From: the human T2T-CHM13v2.0 reference genome, Homo sapiens
Direction: 5' to 3' (one strand)
NCBI RefSeq assembly: GCF_009914755.1
Contig: NC_060942.1
DNA: 64,000 nt
Below the pieces are notes generated by a model. That model was not told the origin of the DNA. It worked only from the letters and a program-made list of their open reading frames with translations, and ran no database searches. Position 1 is the first letter of the stretch. The number at the start of each line of letters is the position of its first letter. Shown here piece after piece: positions 1-17,049 of the stretch. Made by a program: the position numbers and the translations under genes.

Positions 1-1341
1 TGGAAACAGCATACCCTCCCATCACCACTTTGGCTCTTATCCTATTGCACAGTTCTAAGGAGTTACAGGCTTTTGCCTGGCTTTTTGAGATTTTCCGTTG
101 TTTCCATCCTCAACATTTCTGGCCCGCAAAGGGGAAACTGGCCCACAAGCAGGCCACCAAACACTATATATTTGGGAAGTTGACACAAAATACTGGTAAT
201 GTTATATCCTTTGTTTATTATAAGTGTCTTTTCCCCTGTGTATTTCTGTATCTTATGCTTCATGCCTTCTCACTGCCCACCTTCCGTGGTCTTTTAACAG
301 TCTTACTCCTCCTCTATGCTTTTGTCACTTTGTGTATTCCACTTTGTCTATTTTAACTTCTTCCTCTAAGGCAAAATGAATGAATGCCCCTTTTTTCCTC
401 CATCTCCTGCTCTCCTGAATCCAACAGTGTACCCCCCACACCCATTCTGTTGAGTTACTTTCCTAACCTCTTCTCTGTAACCTTTAGCATATTCATTATC
501 AGCCTGATATTACCTCCCTCATTATCCTGAAAGTGTGGTTTCTTCTGTTCATACCCTGAACAGCAGTGTCTTTAAGTCCTTAGAGTAGAGTACGCTTTGT
601 AGATTGGCTCTTTTGAAATTGATTTATTTCCTAAGGTGGTACTTTTATTAAAGGTGTCGTAAAATGGATAGTTGGGGGATTTATACATTTGCTTACTTCA
701 TGAATAAACTGATTATCTAGTTCAATTCAGAGTGTTTTAAAGTTTAATATAATTTATGTTTACTATTTTATCTCTGTAATGTAAAAAAATTTTGCCACAA
801 TGAACGTTTATTATAATGTTCAGTTTATATTTATCATTATATGATATTGAGGGTTACATTTGAGACAAATAATTTTTAAATTCCTCAGCTTGGTATATTA
901 CTTTTGAGTAGTTTTTTAAAAAAATTAAATGTAAAACTAGATATTTTGTAGTTTATACCTACTATGTATTAATAATTGAAAGAACCATATTTAGTTGATA
1001 TTAAAATGCCGTATTTGTGGTAATCTGAATAACAAGTTGGAAGATTATCATTTGGAAAAATATTTTAATTGCAGGTACCTTTTATTTTTATCCTTAAAAT
1101 CTTTGGTGTTAATAGAGTGTTTGAATTTACTTAAACACTCAGCATGTCGTATGGGTATAGAAAAAAATTTTTTTCATGGGTGGATGGCACATTGCTATGC
1201 TTCTAGTTTTTTTGTCTTCTTTTTTTTTATTTCATGATTTAAGACCAGTCATAAAGATGAAAGTGAGTAGCTTAATTGTTAAGCACTTGTCAACTTTTAG
1301 GGTTACTTTAGGTAAGTGAAATGTGTCTATAGTCTTTGTAG

Positions 1342-1494
<153 letters not shown>

Positions 1495-3586
1495 TGATCT
1501 TTGGGAAAACTTGTGGCAGGTTTGCTAATTTAAGGGAAAAGGTATATATGTTTGTTTTTAATTAAGAGAATGTACTGTTTTTTATCATATACTACTGCAT
1601 GGTTTGCCAAGTTTTTTTGAAGTTACATCACATTAAAATAACCCTGGCTATTTTATTAAAAAGAAGTAAGAGCCTTAGATTTAGGGACGCAATTAAGATG
1701 TAAGATACATCTTTAAAAATGCCATTGTGTTTTAAGTCAAGATCACAGGCATTGTCTTTCCTGGCATTGTTCTCCCTGGTATTTTCCTCCTCCTCTTTGT
1801 TCTCTGTGACGCTTTTATTGCCACTGCATTGCCCTGTCTTCTTACCCATGATTGGTTTTGGTGCCCGTCCTTTCCACAGCTGGGATTAGCTGTAGAGCCC
1901 AGCTCTGATTCTGTGCTCCCAGGTGAAGACTTTGCATGTCTTCTTCTTGCCCGTCAGCTGTATCGGGAATTCCTTGTCCACATCTTCCTTACTTCTCCCT
2001 GCTTGAGCTACGCCTTTTCTCCTCAGGTTGGATGGCACGCACCCTGAAGCCAGGTGGAACCATGCCACGTTTTTGTGAATCCTCACTTCAGTTCCTCTCC
2101 AAAGGCATTGCTTGCCAAATTTTGGCTGTCCCTCTCTCATGGAGTTATTTCTGACCCTCCACTAGAATGTTTTCTCCTTCATCCATGATACTCTGCCCTC
2201 GTACCTTTCACAGATCTTTCCAGTAGATATTCTCATGGAGAGCAGGAATCTTCATTCTTCATCCTCAGCCATCCCACCACTTGCTCGTTGAATGAATTTC
2301 CAAACTCCAGCTTTGCTTTAAGGGAGAAAGATCCTCAGTTTGCAGAATTTCAGCCCTCATCTCCTGGTGTCTTACTGCGGCATGCGTCTCGCTCTTTACT
2401 CTCCACGCTCAGTCAGGCTGGCCTCTTTTGCTGCTGGAGCTCACAGCTTGCCTTCCTAAAGGCTTCACTGTCCTCTTGCCTGAAATGCTCTTCCCCCATT
2501 TCCCCAGACCGAGGACAGGCCACCTTCTGGCTCTAAAGCTCCCTCCTCCGAGATCCTTCTTGACACCCCAGTTCATGTGCATCTCTCCGTTCTTGTACCA
2601 TGCCCTATGCGTTTTCTTCAAAGCACTGATCACTGATGGAAATTCTTATATATTCACTTGGCTTTGATCTATCTCCTGCACTAGCCTGTGAACTCAGTCA
2701 GCGGAGACTTAACTGTCTTGTCCATTTCTGCATCCCTGACACAAGAGTCAGAACAGTGCCCAACACAAGTAGCTGCTCCACAAACATTTGAATACTATCA
2801 CTTAAGAAATGTAATGTGCCAGTAAAGTAAATAAATGTGCCAGTTAATAAAGATACCAATTTTAGACTTGTAGATAAAATTTTATGTATTTTTTAACTAT
2901 CTGATTACTTATAAGTTGGTAAGGCCTAGACAGTAGCATAGTGCAAATATTTATTTAGCTCAAATAATTATAGGGTAGAAATTTTTAGGGGGCCACAGTT
3001 GAGTCCACATGAAAAGCATCGAGGAGGTAGTGGGTATGGGGTAGCACAAGAGATGTCAGTTCTGACTCTTGCAACCTACTTAGAGTCACACACCTCAGTA
3101 ACCTAACTTGTTTGAACTTAAGTTTCTCCATCTCAAAATGGAAGTCATCATACCTGGCCCTAGCATCTTAATAGGATTTTAAAGATTGAGATAAAGATGA
3201 AATCTCTTCGAACCATAAATTCCATAAAAATATGAAATGGTACTACCAAAGAAGGCAGTAAACTCTAGTTATTTCCCTTAAGGGTGTATACCTAGTAAGT
3301 TTCAGGAGATAGAATTTTTATCTTTTGAGTGGCAAAGATTTGTACTGTCAAAAGTGTCATTTTAGAGTTCTATAAGTTCATAGAAAATAACATATATCCC
3401 CTTTCTGAAAAATTACTAAACATAATCACATTTTCAGATAGGTTTTAAAAAGTGCCATTTTGAAAAGAGTTATTAGAACGTTTTTGAGTAGCGTATGTCA
3501 ATGTGCAGTTAATTTTACTAATTTTGAAATTATGACAATGCCAGATTAACTTTATATTTCTAACTGTTAATCTTAGTAAAATTTAA

Positions 3587-3769
<183 letters not shown>

Positions 3770-3978
3770 TAAAATGATTTTTATATAATATACAGAATCC
3801 AGAAACCTCAACGTCAAAAAAACACCAGGAAAATTAAAACATACAGATAAAGGTTGGCTCAGAACTCTAAATGAACATTAGCTGTGGAAAACGTCATGTT
3901 ATTCTAAAAATGTTTTCTTACCTGACATTACCAACATAAGGAAATGACGAAGGGATTTCTACATTTAAAAAAAATGGA

Positions 3979-4111
3979 GACCGGGTGCGGTGGTGTGCAC
4001 CTGTGATCCCAGCACTTTGGGAGGCCAAGGCGGGAGGATCATGTGAGGCAGGATTTCCAAGACCAGACTGGGCAACTTAGTGAGAACCTATCTCTATTTG
4101 AAAAAAAAAAA
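3979..4111 (+). mobile_element. Alu monomer (FLAM-like)
   Basis: Left-arm Alu sequence directly followed by an A tail. Confidence 0.85.
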
Positions 4112-5917
4112 GGAACCCTGTTCCTAGTTTCCTGCAGAGATGTGCGTCATTGGTGGCTGCTTGCAAAGGGACTTCTTAGTAGAGAATGTGTCTGCAGAAC
4201 CAGATGAGGCTTGCTTCTGCTTGGTGGGAGTTCTCAGACTTCACAACTATTCAGCTGTGCACTTCCCTGAAATAGTTCTCCATTTCTTCCTTCTTTGAGT
4301 TCCAGCTCCTCCCCACCTCACCCCCCATATGATAGAATCTCCAAACTACTGGGAATAAGAAGATAATAGAAACATCTTATTACAGACTTGCCAGAGGTGA
4401 AAGGTATCTTAGATCATTTTGTTCAAACCATCACCTGTTTCTTTTATACTAATCTGATTTTATCGAAAAGTGAATAGTTAGAAATACATATCAAAAGGAG
4501 AGAATAGGTATAAATGGTTGATAAATTATTCTTTCTCAGTAAGCAAATATTTTAAAATTTATTGTTAGTAGAGAGATAAAGCAGAAAGTCCAGAAACAAA
4601 ACATTCCCAACTGACTTACTAAGTTTTGGTTACAAGTGTAGTTATTAAACATATAACATACGATATTATGAGGCTAGTGCTAGTTTTAGGTTGTCTGCTT
4701 GTCACCATAAGTGTGTTCTTTTCAGATCATTCTTAAATCTATGAGAGACTTTTATTCATCAACTTGTAGAGCTTTGAATAGCACATTAGATGCTGGTTCT
4801 TTGAGGAAGACTGTCAAAGTGTGAATTCCACTGGATTTCTTATTAGTCCCTGTGAATGAAGTAGCACCCAGGGATGACTTGAATAGTTCCATCTTCCTGT
4901 GGTTTATTATAAATTAGGCTCTGTCAGTTAAGGGCTGAGGACTTCTCCTCCCACTCATTAGTGACCTGCCTTGGGTAAGATTAGGGGATGAGTTTTACTC
5001 ATTTCCAGATGCTAGAGGCCACTGCCTGTGACATGTCAGCTCTGGACACCTTGGGGAGAGAGATGGCATAGGTCTGTGAGCTTCTGTCTGCTGTGCTCAG
5101 TCATGGTAACAGTCGTGAGGGTGCCAGAGAAGAGTGGCCTAGACCGGGGCAGGCTCCATCTGCCAGGCAGTGCACCCCATTGGAGAAAATGAGTGCCTGA
5201 ATGACGTTCTAATTACAGAGGAGGCTAAGCAGGGCTGCCTCACCCCACCGCCACACACTTTTACAAGCCCTTCTAATTATTTCTTTCTTTTCTCTCAATA
5301 GAAGAAATTTATCAAAATTTAGACAAGTGATCACGAACAGGCTTCATTTGGGTTAAGGAGTAGCCTGTTTTCATTTCCCTTCTGCTGTTCTTCCCACAAC
5401 AGAATTGTGGGCGAGTTGCAGGAGTACAGAGCTGAGGCTGAAAAGCCTTGAAAAGGGGGGTTCAGACCAAGTGACTTGGTGCCAGTGTGCGTGTGGGGTC
5501 CTGCTTCCCTGTCCCTCATGCTGAGAGAGCATGCAGCTGACCCCCAGCTGAGGCCTAGTGCCTGGCGCATGGAGTCTGCCTTCTACTGGCTTTCCCTCTG
5601 GAAGCTTCAGCTGTTTGTGCCTTGACAGATTTCTTCAGTCGCCCATTTTTTCGAAAAGCTTAGCTGCTTTAAAACAAATACAACTCCAAATAAGTAATTC
5701 ACTCTTCAGAATCATAGCAATTGATGAACACCCTGCTTAGCCAGTATTTGGATATAATGTTTTTCTCAAGTAGTATAAATGCCTCTCAGTTACATGAAAT
5801 AATCTGCAACGTGTACTTCTGGAAACATACTGCCTATTGTATGATACTTTTCCAAGTTTACCTTATCCTTTTTTTCTTTTACCTTCTTTTTAACATCATC
5901 TACAAAAGTTCAGGAGC

Positions 5918-6217
5918 TGCCAGGTTCGGTGGCTCATGCCTGTAATCCCAGCGCTTTAGGAGGCTGAGGCAGGTGGATCATCTGAGGTCAGCAGTTCAAG
6001 ACCAGCCTGACCAACATGGTGAAACCCCATGTCTACTAAAAATACAAAAAATTAGCCAGGCATGGTGGCGGGCGCCTGTAATCACAGCTACTCTGGAGGC
6101 TGAGGCAGAGAATCACTTGAACCCCAAAGGTGGAGGTTGCAGTGAGCCAAGATCATGCCATTGCACTCCAGCCTGAGCGACAAGAGCAAAACTCCATCTT
6201 AAAAAAAAAAAAAAAAA
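5918..6217 (+). mobile_element. Alu (AluS-like) with TSD AAAAGTTCAGGAGC
   Basis: Full dimer, A tail, direct repeat at 5904-5917 and 6214-6227. Confidence 0.95.
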
Positions 6218-6416
6218 GTTCAGGAGCAAAATCTGTCCTTTGGACGATGTGTCCAAACGAACACCCTTTTTCTTCTGTAGACCCCATTGACCTGTACTTC
6301 TAGCTTGCTGTAGTGTGGAAATATGAGTTGGAGGTCAATATTTCAAGTCCTTTTTTCCCATACAAATAGCAGCCTGTGTCCTTTGCATTCTGGCCCCCTT
6401 CACCTGTTTTTGTGGG

Positions 6417-6738
6417 TTTGTTTGTTTTTTTTTTTTCTTTTCTTTTGAGACAGTCTTGCTCCATATCCCAGGCTGGAGTGTAAGTGTAGTGACACCATCT
6501 TGAGAGGTTCACAGCAACCTCTGCCTCCCCAGTTCAAGCTGTTCTCATGCCTCAGCCTTCCAAGTAGCTGGGATTACAGGCATGCACCACCACACCCGGC
6601 TAATTTTTGTATTTTCAGTAGAGATGGAGTTTTGCCATGTTGCCCAGGCTGATCTTGAACTCCTGAGATCAAACAATCCACCCACCTTGGCCAAATGTGC
6701 TGGGATTACAGACATGGTGTGGGCCACCATGTCTGGTC
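6417..6738 (-). mobile_element. Alu, antisense
   Basis: T-rich tail followed by reverse-complement Alu dimer. Confidence 0.92.
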
Positions 6739-7515
6739 CCCTGTTTTTTTCTTCTTAGCAATTACAGCTGTCATTTCTCATGATCAGAATGTCTACTCTG
6801 TGCAGCCAGGGTTTTTGTTTCTTCCCTCACTGCAGTATCCAGGGTTCCTAAAACAGTGCCTGGGGCACAGTAGGAGTTTGAAAGTTTGCTGAATGATTTA
6901 ATGAACAAGGGGTGCTACAAGCATTAGATTATCCGTTGGTCTCAGTGTATTTAGAGAGCAACTTTTGTAATAGCTAGGTACAAAAACCTTTCATTCCTCT
7001 GAACTAGTTCTGAGGCTGAGCTGGAGCTCTGGAGGTGGGAGGCTGGGTATGCTAGAACTAGGATTGAAAGGTGAGAAAATTCAAAACACGTGACTAGAAT
7101 ATAAAAGACATGATTTAAAACTGTATATATATATATATTTTTTTTAGCAAATGAGTCTTTCTTTAGGACTGCAAATATGCCCAGGAAATTAAAGATAAAA
7201 ACCACTTGAAAATAAATCAGTTTGCTCATACTGATGACTGCTTACCTGCAGTCTGCCCAGCAACGTGAACAGTGTCACTGAACTGTCAATAGTTATACGC
7301 TGTTGCCTTCAGTGTTTAGTTCAACCATCAGTGATTTGGTAGTTGAAATAGACTTTTCACTGACACTGGTTTTCTTTGGCTGTGTACAGATATTCAGTAT
7401 AAATTGTGTTTAAAATGGGTAGTAGGATATATGCCTGGTGTTATCAGTCTGTATTAAAATGCTAATATCAAAATATAAATATTGAAATGAGGGATTTCTT
7501 TGTTTGGAAAATGGA

Positions 7516-7805
<290 letters not shown>

Positions 7806-7812
7806 ATGGGTA

Positions 7813-8131
<319 letters not shown>

Positions 8132-9222
8132 TCAGAGGGCATGATTCCCACAGCGGGTGTGTAGAATGCCGACAGAGTCTTCTATCTGACCAGAAGGGAC
8201 TTCATTCTGACAGAGCATCTTGATCTTGCAATCTACTGTACCCACAATGAGGAATGCTTTATGCTACCTTTGCTAAGTTTCTCATTTCTGAATTGACTCA
8301 AAATACTTACTTTTCAGAAGAAAATTTACTTCGGACTTCTCAAAGCTCAATATGTAAATCAACAATTTGTATAGATTTTTGTATTCCTGTGGCTTCTCAG
8401 ATATTGTTAATGGTTCTACTCTGAATTTTAGTGAAAGTGCCAGTAATAGGACAGATTAGTTATCAAAAGTCAAATTTAAAACTGAATTTTTCAAAGACTT
8501 GGAAAGTTGGCTTATGAATAATCAATTTAGGAATTTTTTTAAAGTAAACTGGTTAAATTTTGTTTAAAACCTAAAAGTTTTATTGGCCAAGTGTTGATTT
8601 TTTTGTGGTTTCTAGCACATTGCTCTGAGGGCACCTCAATCACATGAGGCACCTCTGGCGTGTGGTTTTTATATAAATAAGTAATATTGAGGGTTTCTCA
8701 CCCGTCTCTCATATTCAGTTCTTTATTTGCTTCATAGCACTGGTGATCTGACATTGCCTGAGAGTAAAACGTAAAACAGGAGGCACAAAAGTGCTAAGTG
8801 CAAAGGCAGAGATAACACTCCTTGGAATACTATTCCAGGGTAAAAATAGTACTAGCTATGCTGAGCAGAATCTTCACCTTAACTCGAGAACCTTAGCATG
8901 GGTGTCATTTCAGTGTGGTATGTGGAGCCAGAGTGTAAGGTCCATGCAGGCATCCTCCTGTCCCAGGAACATGCTGAATGCTGTGGGTCGCCCTGCACCT
9001 GGGGGAGCCCTGAGGTTCAGTCAGAAGATGGTGCATTTCCCAGTAGGAAAGGTCTGTGCTGCTTCATTATGGGGTCAGATGTTGTGAAGATTTGGAAAAC
9101 AAACTGCTTTTGGGAAAATAATGAGCAGGAGGCATTAATCTTCATTTTATGCATATAACTTGTAACATCTTTACCAGTAAGTGAGAAACTTAACATTGGA
9201 TATTGTGGTTTTTCTTTTCTAG

Positions 9223-9336
<114 letters not shown>

Positions 9337-11491
9337 TAATGATTTACCTGACGCCTATCATAGCAGCATACACACAGGACAAAGGGCCGCTCCAAATGGG
9401 GTCTTCAGGTGGGGGAATCATAGAGATCCTTTCTCTGGCGTACTTCTTAAAATGGACATGTTATCCTTGTGCTATTTAGGTCTAGGCTCATAGTAAAAGA
9501 TACCAAACTAGTTTCATCATTGTACTCTTCAGTTCTCTGATATCATAAAATTTAGTTGCTTCTGAAATATGCAGATATTGAATAAAGGCTCTTATATTCT
9601 TTATAAAATACTTATTGAAAGAGGCCTTTGTCCAAGAGCTCTACTTTGGAGAGATGTTTTATTTGTTTAAAGTTGTCAAGTGCCTGGGCTGGTGGGTGGG
9701 AGAGTGAAGGGCAGCCCTGCTTTCCAGCACCTGCTCTTCGTGGCTGTTACTCTCTTGGAGCCATGGTGCTGCCAGAGGTCAAGGTTTTGCCCTCGTAAGG
9801 TTGTTGGGCTTGTTGGGAAAGATGCGCTTAGATGAGATGATCTTGGATTAATTCCCGGAGCCTCCCATGTGCTCACAGAGGAAGAAATTGAAGACACAGG
9901 CAAGGCGCGTCATTGGCGGCACAAGGACCCTGTGGAGGCGGGATGAGTGTGGATGTAGGGAAATGTACTTGTTTCGTGATGGGAAGTTGAGGGAATTTTT
10001 GCCCAATTAATAGCTTATATTTTCCCTAAGAGTTTTTCTTAAGAATGGGTAGATTGAGGGTGTGGGATCACATGCTTGAGAGTAGAGGGGATGTAAAATC
10101 ATTATGTGGAGAGCTGGAGAACAACCTGATGAAGGAAATCAAGTGAGCTGGGCAAGGTGTGGAGTCCATTTGAGATTGAAGATCAATAAATTATCGTGGT
10201 ATTGGTCTGTCCTGTTGTGTGAATTATTTTTTAAATGTTTCCCGGCAGCTCAGGTCCAAGTGTCAGGAAAGCAGGTAGTTGTATTTGTCCTGGATGGGGC
10301 TTTCTTGGATGTGACAGAAAGACAATGAGGCAAGGGAATTTGGGGAAAAAATGTTCAGTTTTTAACAAATGATGGACAGTTAGGAGAACTAAGCTGGACT
10401 AGGAAGTGAAAATAGGTGAGTCTGATAGAGTAGAATGAACTGTGCTTGGAAGACAGGTGCCATGGGAGTAATCGGGTAATTAAGCAGCGAGAGTCTCATT
10501 AGGGTGAGAGCGGAGGCATCTGAGTGAGTGGATCTGGAGGTGACGGTGGAGGTCAGCGTTTGGTTTTGGCAGTCGTGGCACTCACCTCTCTGAGGGCTTC
10601 CCTGTAGGAGGGACATAAATTCAGGAATCATGGCCAAGGAAACATGCTGTTTTACTGGAAACTTGCAGTTATTAATAAATACATTACATAAAAGCAGTGC
10701 TGGAGCCTCTATGGCTTAGGGTCAGGGCTTAAGTAAGACAGCCTATCATCTGCCTTCTAAACTTGAGGTGGCCCAGTTTGGAAAGCCGATTTCCTGAGGT
10801 AGAGCAGAGGTGTGTGTCATTGACTGTTACGGCCCCCCTCCTGAGTAGGGAATTGGGACCAGTGAGTATTCTCAGGATGGGTGGGGCTGAAAAGAAGGGG
10901 ATGAGTGTTTGCTCCCCAGTGGAGACAAGCAGAAATCTGGGAGGGGGAGAGTATTTTCATGTATGACAAGATCCGGGGTGTGACAGTTTGTGCACGGTTA
11001 CCCAGCTGCCTTTCCCTAAAGACACGGCCTCAGGGCAGGAGCCCCCCAAGCTGTGGATGAGCTGCTCAGAGTTCTGAGCTGGGGAGGAAAGGGGCTTCTG
11101 GGCGGGCACCAGCTTGGTCTGGAAGGATCAGAAGATGAAGACTTGCTCCTCTCCCACCACCCCACAGATGCCAGTTGCCATGACAACAGGTGTCTTTGAT
11201 ATGAAAAGGACATTTTGGGGTCAATTGGCAAAACTTAAATGGGATCTGAGGAATAGAAGGTAAAAATTGGTCAGTGTTAATCTCCTGATATTGATTGTAG
11301 GAGAACATAGGAAATACTCACTGATGTCTTCCCAGGAGTTAGCCATTACACTAGGTATTTATGGTTTAGGAAAAAAGTATTTGTACTGTATTTGTAAGTT
11401 TGAGATTTTCAGAAGGAAAAAATTAACTATTTCTGGAAGGAGCCATTTTCAAAAAATGGCTCTCAGCTAGGACCCCAATTAAAAAGTAAGT

Positions 11492-11782
<291 letters not shown>

Positions 11783-12029
11783 GTATGTGGGTGACTCCTT
11801 GTTAAAGCTTTTAGGATTCTCCTCAGCTTTGATCATACTTGGCCTCTTGTGCATGTCTGTGTCTGTGTGTATTTTAGGTGTTTTTACTGTAAAGATGTTA
11901 TTAAAGCTAATTTTGAAGAATGCAGAGGTGTGTACTGAGAAAATTCCCCGGTTTCCCATTCTCCAAATCTGACAGCTAAAGTAGCCTAACTTTTCCAAAA
12001 TTTTCTGTGCACATACATGCCCTTAGATT

Positions 12030-12031
<2 letters not shown>

Positions 12032-12078
<47 letters not shown>
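12032..12078. repeat. (TG)23 microsatellite
   Basis: Pure dinucleotide run. Confidence 0.97.
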
Positions 12079-12080
<2 letters not shown>

Positions 12081-12306
12081 TTCCTTTACTATCCAAATGG
12101 AAGTATTTTATACATATTAATACTTTTCTGCCACTTTTTTCTTTAAATATATTGGGACATGGTAACACATCAGTACATGTAAAAAGATGGCTACTTTATT
12201 TGCTACATAATATACCTTTTTAGCTGAACCATAATTAATCAACATATTTTACGTCCATTTTAGTTGTTTCTAAATGTTTTTAAACTACTACAATGTCCAG
12301 GTATAT

Positions 12307-12411
12307 GATTATTTAATTTTTTACTTTTTATTTTTATTAATTTTTTTTTTGAGACAGGACCTCGCTCTGTTGCCCAGGCTTATCTCAAACTCCTAGGCTC
12401 AAGCAATCCTC
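12307..12411 (-). mobile_element. 5'-truncated Alu monomer with TSD TCCAGGTATAT
   Basis: T-rich tail plus partial Alu; direct repeat at 12296-12306 and 12412-12422. Confidence 0.75.
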
Positions 12412-14401
12412 TCCAGGTATATATTCTTAACACATATGGATACATTTATCTGTAAGATCAATTTATGGAAATAATGTAATTGGTCAAAAGTTACATGTAT
12501 TTTTAATATGTAATATTTTCAAACTATTTCTAAAAAGGTAGCAGCACTTTATGTCTTCTGAGGCCTCATACTTGTATCTCCCACCTGAGCAGACTCAAAA
12601 CATTCTCAATTGCTCTTCTTTGCCCATCTCGGAAAGACAGTCCGATTTCAGTTTGTGTTTGAGTAGGCTTTGCCGCCTCCCTGTGAATGGCCTTTTCAGT
12701 CCTTTCCACACTTTATTGGTGTCACTGATTGGAAGAGTTACTTGTTAGATAAAGAGCCCTGCTTGCGATTACTTCATGACCATAGAGGTGTTTTAAATTT
12801 TTATATACTCAGATTTATTGATCTTTTCTCTTCTGGTTTCAGGGTTTTGTGTCATGCCTAGAAAGACCTTTTCAAAGATATGTTTGAAAATGTATCTGAA
12901 ATATGTTTCAAAAAATATGTTTTCTTCTGATACTTCCTTTTTAAAAAAATCTTGGATTCATTTGTAATTTATTTTGATGTAGGGAGTATGGCGGGAATTC
13001 GTATATTTTCCCAAATGGCTGGCCTGTGGCCTCAACACCATTAATAGGATGTCAGGACACTTCCTTCTCAGTTTGTGGGTTTTAAATTAGTAGGTCATCA
13101 TTTGTGTCTCAGAAGTGTAGCAGTTATAAAGGAGGCGGAAGAAAGGAAACTGAGAAATAGGAAGTACTTATTAGTGATACAGATCTTGGTTGGTACAGGA
13201 CACACTGCATTTAGTCTCAAATATGCTGTAGGTTAGGAAAATGAAAATACGGCCTGAAATGTGCATTTGGGGTTGGATGATTTCTGTCATGTCAGAATGT
13301 GACCTTGTTTTTCTCACTCATTTGATTTATCAAATAGTTTATGGCCACTTTGATTTTTTAATATCGGTATAATTGCCATCTGTGGTTATTCATTAATGAG
13401 CCTTGACTTTAGTTTGCATGCTGATTTCAGTCCCCGCCTTTATCTCATTTGTGGTTTAAATGTAATACTCAGTGTTCCTGTAGTGGATGTATACATAGTA
13501 TTTGGAGTTATATCTGGGCTGTTGCCTGGGACTCAGGCCTTGAATTGAAGGTGTGCCTGTGCTTTTGACCAGTTGGTTTCTAACATGACTGGGTGTGGGT
13601 TCCACCACTGCCTTTGGATTTTAATGTCAGCCTTAGGTAATATGTTCAGACCTGGAAATCTAGATTTGCTCCTGAATTCAGATCTCAGTTCTTTCATCTC
13701 TTAATTTCACCCATGTCTTCCTGTTGAATGTTTACTTTCACATTAGAAGACCAAGAAGCAATTTTGCATGATATACAAGGCAACTTTGGCCCATAAAGGT
13801 CATCTGTTGGTATATTAATGATTTTATAATTAATCTGAATAATAGGTCAAAAACCTTGGGGGAGAAATTAATTGAAATTTAAAATGCGCATTAAAAGTGT
13901 TCAAAACTAATAGAATGGGATTTGTATGTTGAGCACCTAAGTAGTAGGTAGGGTGACTGTTTATCTGTGTGCACTATTTGATTCTTGTAACCATGAGAAA
14001 TTGGAAGTTGAAAGGCTAACTGGCTTGTTTAGGGTGCTTCATCTTATAAGCGACTGAACTGGTATTCAAATCCAAAGTAAACTTCCTGGTAGATTCTGCT
14101 CTAATTCTTTGCCCAAGAGCCCTTTTACAGGTACCACTGTCGGGAAGACCTCCAGCTGGAGTCTTTTAATTACATTAATAAAATATGAGGAAAGCTGGGT
14201 TTCAAAGATAACTTTGACTCATGGCATGATACACATTCAACATGAGTCATCAGTTAGTCATGCCTTAGGTTGTAGAATATATGTATGATATATGATAACT
14301 ACATAATTGACTGTTCCATATTTTTCAGGACTCTTAGCATCCCAAACTTCCCAACCTCCCACTTTGAGAGTGTGGGAATGCCCGTTAATACTACAGCCAA
14401 A

Positions 14402-14868
<467 letters not shown>

Positions 14869-15051
14869 TTAGTCGATTCTTGCAAATGAATTTTGTTAAA
14901 TGTTACTGACTTCTTCCCATAGGAAATACATTAGAAAATAATATTCTTTTCTATAGGAAAAATATTTTTCCATACCTGAATTAAACTGCCACTTCATTCT
15001 GCTTTATAATTGAAACTGAGCTTCTTGTGGATTAACATTACCTGAAATTAA

Positions 15052-15246
<195 letters not shown>

Positions 15247-17049
15247 TAGGTTTGTCACTTTAGTTAAAGTTAAGGAATAGTGACATACATTTTTAATGTC
15301 ATTTTTAATGAGTTTTTACACTGCAGTTTTAAAGAAGGTCATGAATAAAAGCTAATATAACAGAGCAGACTGATTCCAAGGTAAGGCCTGAGTCTCTCTA
15401 GTCTTTGGGGCATGGCCAGTCCTTCATTTCCTGGGCAGGAACTGTTCCCTCACAGGCTGGAGACCTTACAGTGCCACGTGCTGGTGTATGATCTAGTCTG
15501 TCTTCCTCCTGTCACCTGTTCCCAATTGACCTTTCCAGCCGATCAGACAGAAAATGTTAGCCCTGTTCTTCTCACTCTGCCTCTTTGTTTTCATCACGGA
15601 AAGGACAACCCATACTAGACAAAGGATGTCTTCCTTTATGTCCCTTCGTCACCATCCCTTTGTTTACAGTTAGGCCTTTCTTTCATGCACGGACTATTAA
15701 AGGTAAACCCTCACTCTTTTCTCAGATTCTAGTTTCCCACTCTGATCTATCCCTGGATTATCACAAGGATAAATGTGTTAAATTCCTGCTTGGTCTGAAA
15801 TTCAGGCCTCACTGTGACCTTCCGGGAGCTTCCTTCTGCTCCCTGTGCTCTGTCTCCTAGCATGCCCAGCTGTTGCCTGCCCTGTGTCTTTGCTCATTTG
15901 TACCCTTACTTAAACATACATCCTTTTGTCATAGCCCATTAAAATCACACCTGTTTTAAGGCCCAGCTGAAACATCACCTCTTCCACGAAGCTTTGCCAG
16001 TTTTTCTTATGTTCCGTATGTTGAGTTTTGCCCTCTTATTTCACCTTTCACCACTGTCTGCCTTGTGTTTAATTTTCTACACATCTACCTCAGCCTGCCT
16101 TTTACAAATATTTTGTCAGTAACATTGGCGTGTCCTTTAGCAGAATTTCTGCTGAACTTCAGGCATAGCTATGGCAAGGAACATTTTTCTTTTTTAAAAC
16201 TGTCCCTCTGCTCTCAAGAGAGTCATTTTTTCCTGTATTTAAAGGGGAAAGAAAAACACATATTTCCTCAATTTGAGGTGTGAGAAAAAGAGGTGCAAGA
16301 ATAGTATGATTGTTACACGGGCTAACCTTTAAAGTTTCTCTAATTAAGTGTGTTAATGCTAACGTAATTATCAATCCGAATTAAAAATATGACTCTTTGT
16401 GATTAGTTGACCAAGACAAAATGTACAACTTCATGATTAAATTTATGTCTGAATGATAACAACAGCATTTATTAAAGAGAATCCTGATCATTCTGTAGCT
16501 ATGTAGATTTAACCATCAGTGCTTTCCCCCTGCGCCAAATGTGTTTTTTATTGAACATGTATCAATAGCATCAGTTTAGTTTCAAAAAGGCATTGAATTG
16601 AGCACAAAGTTAAACTTTTAGTTCAGATGAACAGGCTGCTCAGGAAAACTCACCCAAGTGAGGAGTTCATATATAAGTAATAAACTCATCTTGAGGGTGT
16701 GGCAGTATTTAAATTACATGAGCAGTGCTAAAGAGGTTGGTGGATTTTGTTTTTAGGTTGTAAAATTAAAACACTGTATGAAAGTACAGAACTTGAGATT
16801 GTGGGAAATCTTGTCAGCCTAACGTTCTTACATATCTGAGTTGTTTCACTAGTGAATATACTGTTGTCAGGGTTCATTTGCATACACTGTTGGGTTTTTT
16901 TTTTTTAATTGATAGCTTTATCTTTTTATTCTCTGGTACAGAGAGCATCACTCCATATCCTGAAAACTAGCGCTGAAAAAAAATAATGCTAAAGTCCTGA
17001 ATGAGTTAAGATGTTGAACTGTGGAGTCCTGCTGGCCTGTATTTTAATG

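Noticed and set aside
13138-13156. ISRE-like GAAAGGAAACTGA in an intron
   Set aside because: Spacing deviates from GAAANNGAAA and such matches are frequent by chance
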